Source of the DNA: Pseudomonadota bacterium
GTDB taxonomy: Bacteria > Pseudomonadota > Gammaproteobacteria > JAKAQQ01
Direction of reading: 5' to 3'
DNA: 55,627 nt
NCBI GenBank assembly: GCA_021798795.1
Contig: JAJZBR010000003.1
Coordinates: 1 to 55,627 of the forward strand
Shown here: positions 51,033 through 55,627 of the stretch, in pieces
Layout: each line of letters starts with the position of its first letter
Position numbering within the stretch: the first letter of the stretch is position 1
The notes under the pieces: generated by a model
Seen by the model: the letters and a program-made list of their open reading frames with translations, nothing else
The model's database searches: none
Told to the model about the DNA's origin: nothing
Made by a program: the position numbers and the translations under genes

Positions 51033-51896
51033 ATGGCCCATTCGAGCGAGATCCTCATGTGCCCCCCCTGGCACTTCGAGGTGACCTACCGCATCAATCC
51101 CTGGATGGATCCCGGTCAGCGGACCGTGGATCGCGACCGCGCAAAGGCGCAGTGGACTCAGCTGCGTGCCATCCTCGCGCAATCATCAGAGATCGTCGAG
51201 ATTGACCCTCTTCCGGGACTCCCCGACATGGTCTTTACCGCGAACGCGGGTCTTGTGCTGGGTGGGCAGGTGGTTTTGAGCCGTTTCCGTCATGTGGAGC
51301 GACGGGGCGAGGAGGCTCCGTTCCGGGCTTTCTTCAGGAGCCGGGGCGCAACGATTGAAGCGTTGCCGGATGAGATGTTTTTCGAGGGAGCGGGCGATGC
51401 GCTTTTCGATCGGCGCCTGCCCATTCTCTGGGCAGGCTCTGGGCTTAGGAGTCTTCTGCAGGGACACGAATGGCTGAGCCTGAAGCTCGGCTGTGCCGTC
51501 GTGAGTCTCGAACTCGTGGATCCCCGGTTCTATCATCTCGATACCTGCTTTTGTCCCCTGGCCGACGGTTCCCTGCTGTATTACCCGGCTGCGTTCTCAC
51601 CTGCATCGCAGGAGGCGATCGAAACGCATGTCCTCCCACGCGAGCGGATCGCGGTCACTCTCGAGGATGCGCTCCAGTTCGCCTGTAACGCCGTCAACCA
51701 GGGCACACGGATCACCCTGCACGCGCTTTCCTCCCCGCTGCGTAAGGCACTCGAGAGCCGGGGATTCGAAGTCGTGGAGACCCCGCTCGACGAGTTCCTC
51801 AAGGCCGGCGGTTCCGCGAAGTGTCTCACGCTGCGTCTTGATGAGGCGCTTGCACCCGGTTCCCCGGGGGACCGCACCGGGTCGAGGAGCACTTGA
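51033..51896 (+). CDS. Pentein hydrolase, DDAH/arginine-dihydrolase-like
   Basis: LMCPP.HF.V.Y.INPWM, PDMVFTAN, EGAGD, FYHLDTCF, FACN, EFLKAGGSAKCL. Confidence 0.9.
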   Translation: MAHSSEILMCPPWHFEVTYRINPWMDPGQRTVDRDRAKAQWTQLRAILAQSSEIVEIDPLPGLPDMVFTANAGLVLGGQVVLSRFRHVERRGEEAPFRAFFRSRGATIEALPDEMFFEGAGDALFDRRLPILWAGSGLRSLLQGHEWLSLKLGCAVVSLELVDPRFYHLDTCFCPLADGSLLYYPAAFSPASQEAIETHVLPRERIAVTLEDALQFACNAVNQGTRITLHALSSPLRKALESRGFEVVETPLDEFLKAGGSAKCLTLRLDEALAPGSPGDRTGSRST

Positions 51897-52516
51897 CGAT
51901 CCTCCGCGTCGTTGCGGCACTCGCCATCTCGTACCTTTTGGGTTCGATCCTGGCCGGCCCAATCATGGCTCGATGGCACGGGGGGGATCTGCGCGCCTCA
52001 GGCAGCGGGAATCCCGGTGCGACCAATGCCTTGCGTCTCTTCGGGCGGCGGGTCGGCCTTGCGGTGTTCGCATTCGATTTCGCGAAGGGACTCCTGGCTG
52101 GGCTCTGGATCCCGCTCTGGCTGGCACCGGATGCAATCGGGTGGCTCCCCCCCCTGACCGTTCTCGCTGCGGTTTTGGGACACCTCTACCCTGTGTTTTC
52201 TCGCTTCCGCGGCGGAAAGGGCGTTGCCACGTTCCTGGGCGGCGTGCTCGCCCTGGCCCCCCCTCTCTTTGTTCTGGTCATCCTCGCCTGGGTTATCGGG
52301 TTCTATGCAACGGGATATGTCGTGATCGCGAGTCTCCTGGGCGCACTGACCTTTGCGGTGTCTGCATGGATCTGGCACGGAACCTGGCCCGAGGCACTGA
52401 TCGGTGGATTCGGGGCCTTCCTGTTCCTTCTCCTCCTTTGGACCCACCGCGCCAATCTCAGGCGGCTCCGCGGAGGTACCGAGCACCGGTTTCATCCCAT
52501 CCGGCGTAAAGGCTAG
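51893..52516 (+). CDS. plsY: Glycerol-3-phosphate acyltransferase
   Basis: SYLLGSI, GSGNPGATN, D..KG, GGKGVAT, HR.NL.RL. Confidence 0.96.
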   Translation: MTILRVVAALAISYLLGSILAGPIMARWHGGDLRASGSGNPGATNALRLFGRRVGLAVFAFDFAKGLLAGLWIPLWLAPDAIGWLPPLTVLAAVLGHLYPVFSRFRGGKGVATFLGGVLALAPPLFVLVILAWVIGFYATGYVVIASLLGALTFAVSAWIWHGTWPEALIGGFGAFLFLLLLWTHRANLRRLRGGTEHRFHPIRRKG

Positions 52517-52520
52517 TTCC

Positions 52521-53513
52521 GTGCCGCGTCATCCGGATGCTACCGCCGCTCTCGTCACCCGGCTCGGAGACGGGGAGTGGCATACCGGTCCGAAACTTGC
52601 GCACCTTCTCGGGGTAAGCCGGAGCGCAATCTGGAAGATGATGCAGCGGCTTGAGGGCATGGGTCTCAGGCTCGAACGGAGTCGGCTCCGTGGCTACCGC
52701 CTCCCCAAGGGATCGTCGGCATTGTCCGGGGAGCGGATCCGTTCGGGGCTCCATCTTTCCGGAATCGGGCGGGAGACGGACATCGAAGTGCTCTCGATCG
52801 TGGATTCGACCAACAACCGGCTGCTTCGTGACCCGACCGGGCCCTCGCCACGCGTCTGCCTCGCCGAATATCAGACGCACGGTCGCGGTCGGCGCGGGCG
52901 CAGCTGGACGGGCGCCTACGGGGCATCTCTCCTCGTGTCCTGGGGCGTGCGTTTCACGGTAGTGCCACCGGATCTCCAGTCATTGGGACTCGTGAGCGCG
53001 CTTGCGGCAACGCGTGCGCTCGTGCGCGAGGGATTCCCGTCCCCAGGGATCAAGTGGCCGAACGATCTCGTCTACGGACATGCCAAGCTCGGCGGGATTC
53101 TCGTCGAACTGAGCGGCGAGGCCGGGGGACCGCTTTGGTGCGTGACCGGGCTCGGGGTGAACGTCGATCAGGCTTCCTGCCCGCCGCGCACATCGAGAGG
53201 GGATGCGATCAGTCTTGAAACGGTGGCTCCCACGCTGCCCAGGGATCGCAACAAACTGGCGCAGGCCTTGATCGAGGAGTGGTTTCAGGCGCTGGATGTG
53301 TTCCATCGCCTGGGGTTCAAGCCGTTTCTCCCGTCTTTCCGCACGCTTGATGCACTTTGGAACCAACCCGTCGTGCTCCACGAGCAGGCCGGCTCGCGAA
53401 CGGGGTGGGCTCGGGGGTTTAGGGAAGACGGCGCACTCTGGTTCGAAGCGGAATCTGGTCTGCGGGAAGCGCTGGTCGCAGGCGAAGTGAGTATCCGGTG
53501 GTCTCCTCCATGA
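52521..53513 (+). CDS. birA: Bifunctional biotin ligase/repressor
   Basis: N-terminal wHTH (LGVSRSAIWK), DSTN, Q..GRGRRGR.W, KWPND, KLGGIL.E. Confidence 0.96.
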   Translation: MPRHPDATAALVTRLGDGEWHTGPKLAHLLGVSRSAIWKMMQRLEGMGLRLERSRLRGYRLPKGSSALSGERIRSGLHLSGIGRETDIEVLSIVDSTNNRLLRDPTGPSPRVCLAEYQTHGRGRRGRSWTGAYGASLLVSWGVRFTVVPPDLQSLGLVSALAATRALVREGFPSPGIKWPNDLVYGHAKLGGILVELSGEAGGPLWCVTGLGVNVDQASCPPRTSRGDAISLETVAPTLPRDRNKLAQALIEEWFQALDVFHRLGFKPFLPSFRTLDALWNQPVVLHEQAGSRTGWARGFREDGALWFEAESGLREALVAGEVSIRWSPP

Positions 53514-54259
53514 TCCTGATCGATCTCGGCAATACCCGGCTCAAGTGGCAGGCGCGCAGCTCCAAAGGAGAGATCCAGGCTCGCGGTGCAGGGTGCCACG
53601 AACACGGGATGCGGCTCACCGAACTGGCTGCCGAGCTCGGACGGGAGGTTCAGGATCGCGGACCGGTCTCGGTTGCGAGCGTGGCCGGTGATGTGCTCGA
53701 GGGTATGCTCACCCGTGTGCTGGAACGCTTGGGATTCGCGCCTGCCGGGATCATGTTCGTGAAGGCCGAGAGCGCTCGGGCCGGCGTGCGCTCCGGATAC
53801 AGGGATCCGGCCCGCCTCGGCGCCGATCGCTGGGCTGCCCTGATCGGTACCTGGGCGAAGCATCATCGGGCGAGCCTCATTCTGTCGCTCGGCACAGCGA
53901 TCACACTCGATGTTCTGGACGATGAGGGGGTGCACCGGGGGGGGCTCATCGCACCGGGGCGCGGCGTTCTTGCGCGTGCGTTGGCTTGGGACACCGCGCA
54001 GTTGCCCGAGGTGATGATTCCAGGCGTGCGATTTTTGGCGAACGATACCGAATCGGCTCTTGCAAATGGGAGCCGGTTCATGATCGATGGTTTTGTGGCG
54101 GCGTCAGATGCGTGTGCCACCCGCCTTCTGGCCACTGATCCCATCCGGATCGTCACGGGTGGGGATGCCGAATTCCTCGATCCGGATCTTCTCCAGCGCT
54201 GGCAGATGGAGCCGGATCTCGTCTTCGACGGGTTGGCCCGTCTGGCGGAGGCATCATGA
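53510..54259 (+). CDS. coaX: Type III pantothenate kinase
   Basis: IDLGNTRLKW, LGADRW, GTAITLD, GGLIAPG, TGGDA. Confidence 0.95.
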   Translation: MILIDLGNTRLKWQARSSKGEIQARGAGCHEHGMRLTELAAELGREVQDRGPVSVASVAGDVLEGMLTRVLERLGFAPAGIMFVKAESARAGVRSGYRDPARLGADRWAALIGTWAKHHRASLILSLGTAITLDVLDDEGVHRGGLIAPGRGVLARALAWDTAQLPEVMIPGVRFLANDTESALANGSRFMIDGFVAASDACATRLLATDPIRIVTGGDAEFLDPDLLQRWQMEPDLVFDGLARLAEAS

Positions 54260-55023
54260 AAACAGTTTTTTTTGCGCTCTCATCGCTCGCGCTCATTCTG
54301 TTCCTGTACTGGCAGTGGCACGTTCCCCGCCCCATCCACCCCCACCTCGTCGCCATCACGCTTTCGACTCCTGCGCTCAAACTCTGGTCGCCTCACCCAT
54401 CCCGCGCGCGACCGGCGCGCCTAGGTTCGCCTCCACCTGTTGAAAGGGCGCACGGACCCGGTGTGGCACAAGCAGCTGCTCCGCCACGCAACCCGCCCGA
54501 GGGGCCCCTCCCATCGCTATCCCGTTCGCCCCAACCACCCCAGCGAAAACCGGCGCCGCCCAGGCCGCGTGCCTGTCTTGTGTTGGCGAGTTTTGCAAGC
54601 CCGTCCGGCGCCCGTCTCTTTGCCAGACGAGAGAAACTTTCTGTGGTCGGTCTGAGGCAGATGGTCACAATCACGAAACTCTACCGCGTCTATCTTGAGG
54701 CCGCGAATCCGGGGGCGATTGCCGCAATCCGCCGGGCGCTCGTTGCCGAGCATATCCGGGGCTTTTACCTCATGCATCGGGCAGGGGATCCCAGTGGATT
54801 TTCTCTGGGCGCCTATGATGCACTGGCGGGCGCGTTCGCTCGGCGCGTCCAACTGTTGCACGCCGGATTCCATCCCCACCTCGAGATCCGTGTGCACCGA
54901 TCCACCCGGATCCGTCTATCCGTATCGACGCGACGATCGCCCTCCGGGCTGGTTCTCGCCTGGCATGGCCGCATCCTCCATACGACTGCCTGTTCCGTAA
55001 TCCCGCCACGGGGCGGATCCTGA
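54256..55023 (+). CDS. SPOR-like domain protein
   Basis: N-terminal TM, Pro-rich linker, C...F, Y.VYL, SLGAY; usual position after coaX. Confidence 0.7.
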   Translation: MKTVFFALSSLALILFLYWQWHVPRPIHPHLVAITLSTPALKLWSPHPSRARPARLGSPPPVERAHGPGVAQAAAPPRNPPEGPLPSLSRSPQPPQRKPAPPRPRACLVLASFASPSGARLFARREKLSVVGLRQMVTITKLYRVYLEAANPGAIAAIRRALVAEHIRGFYLMHRAGDPSGFSLGAYDALAGAFARRVQLLHAGFHPHLEIRVHRSTRIRLSVSTRRSPSGLVLAWHGRILHTTACSVIPPRGGS

Positions 55024-55518
55024 GGCATCGAACAGCCGAAGGCAGGTTTCGGGTACAGGCAAAAGATGCTCGGGTTCTTCGAGCTCGTCGCCCGCTGCAC
55101 CACTTTGTGGCGAAGGCGCGGTGACCGGACGAGGCTTGGTTGAGACGCCAGCGTACGGAAAAGTCGAGAGGTACCCGTACATCGTTTTGGAGTAGGGGCT
55201 GTTGACTGGAGAGCGTAAGCCGTTCTCGTGGAGACCGAACCGCTTTTCCCTGATGCTGTTTTGAGGCGGAAGAACTCGCCCAGGCAGTGCAATAAAGCAA
55301 ACGCTTGTAAAACTGGTTCGTCAGGAGAATGGGTCGGTAAAACCGGAGACTGATGCAGCGCGGCAGAAGTGAGCTTGCCGGAGCATGGTGACACCTGTCC
55401 ACCTCGACCCGGTAGACGTAGATGCGTTTTTCGGTCCACTGTTCACGAACTCATCGGCTCTTTTTGTTGCTCCACGCGTGTGGAACCGAGTGGGACTTCG
55501 GTCTCATCCATCAGTCAA

Positions 55519-55591
55519 TGCCGGGAGACGGAATCGAACCGCCGACCGTCGCATTACAAATGCGCTGCTCTACCTGCTGAGCTATCCCGGC
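55519..55591 (-). tRNA. tRNA-Thr(TGT), CCA not encoded
   Basis: GCCGGGATAGCTCAG...CGCATT-TGT-AATGCG...GGTTCGATTCC...CCCGGCA followed by TTG. Confidence 0.95.
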
Positions 55592-55627
55592 ATCCGCAAC
55601 TCGATAAGATCCGCATCCTGAGAACCC

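Overview
This is a GC-rich gammaproteobacterial chromosome segment, probably from an acid-adapted aerobe (inferred from basic periplasmic proteins and oxidase substitutions). It opens with a nested IS3/IS30/IS1634 scar, a diheme cytochrome c4 gene, an unannotated sigmaE-type small RNA with three C-rich hairpins behind polA, polA/lptM and a PAS-GGDEF*-EAL-CZB signalling gene. Next come uvrD with a Dph6-like ATPase and an FAH gene, a GT2 gene, two sigma32-driven Hsp20 genes and a YVTN beta-propeller surface protein. These are followed by a BirA-operator-controlled bioBFHCD operon, an aa3-type cytochrome c oxidase cluster (no ctaG, Mg-site ligands altered), rpoH under a sigmaE promoter with an embedded CIRCE, and anmK. 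A complete R64/PAPI-like type IVb pilus operon (pilL-N-O-P-Q-R-S-M-V plus a secreted orphan) follows, with no conjugation or shufflon genes in the window. The right part holds WYL and DoxX gene remnants, an NCS1 permease, a full 16S-tRNAIle-tRNAAla-23S-5S operon, a methyltransferase/PLD pair, two pentein (amidino-hydrolase) genes around an AhpD-like gene, plsY-birA-coaX-SPOR, and a CCA-less tRNA-Thr. All assignments come from motif recognition by eye; no searches were run.
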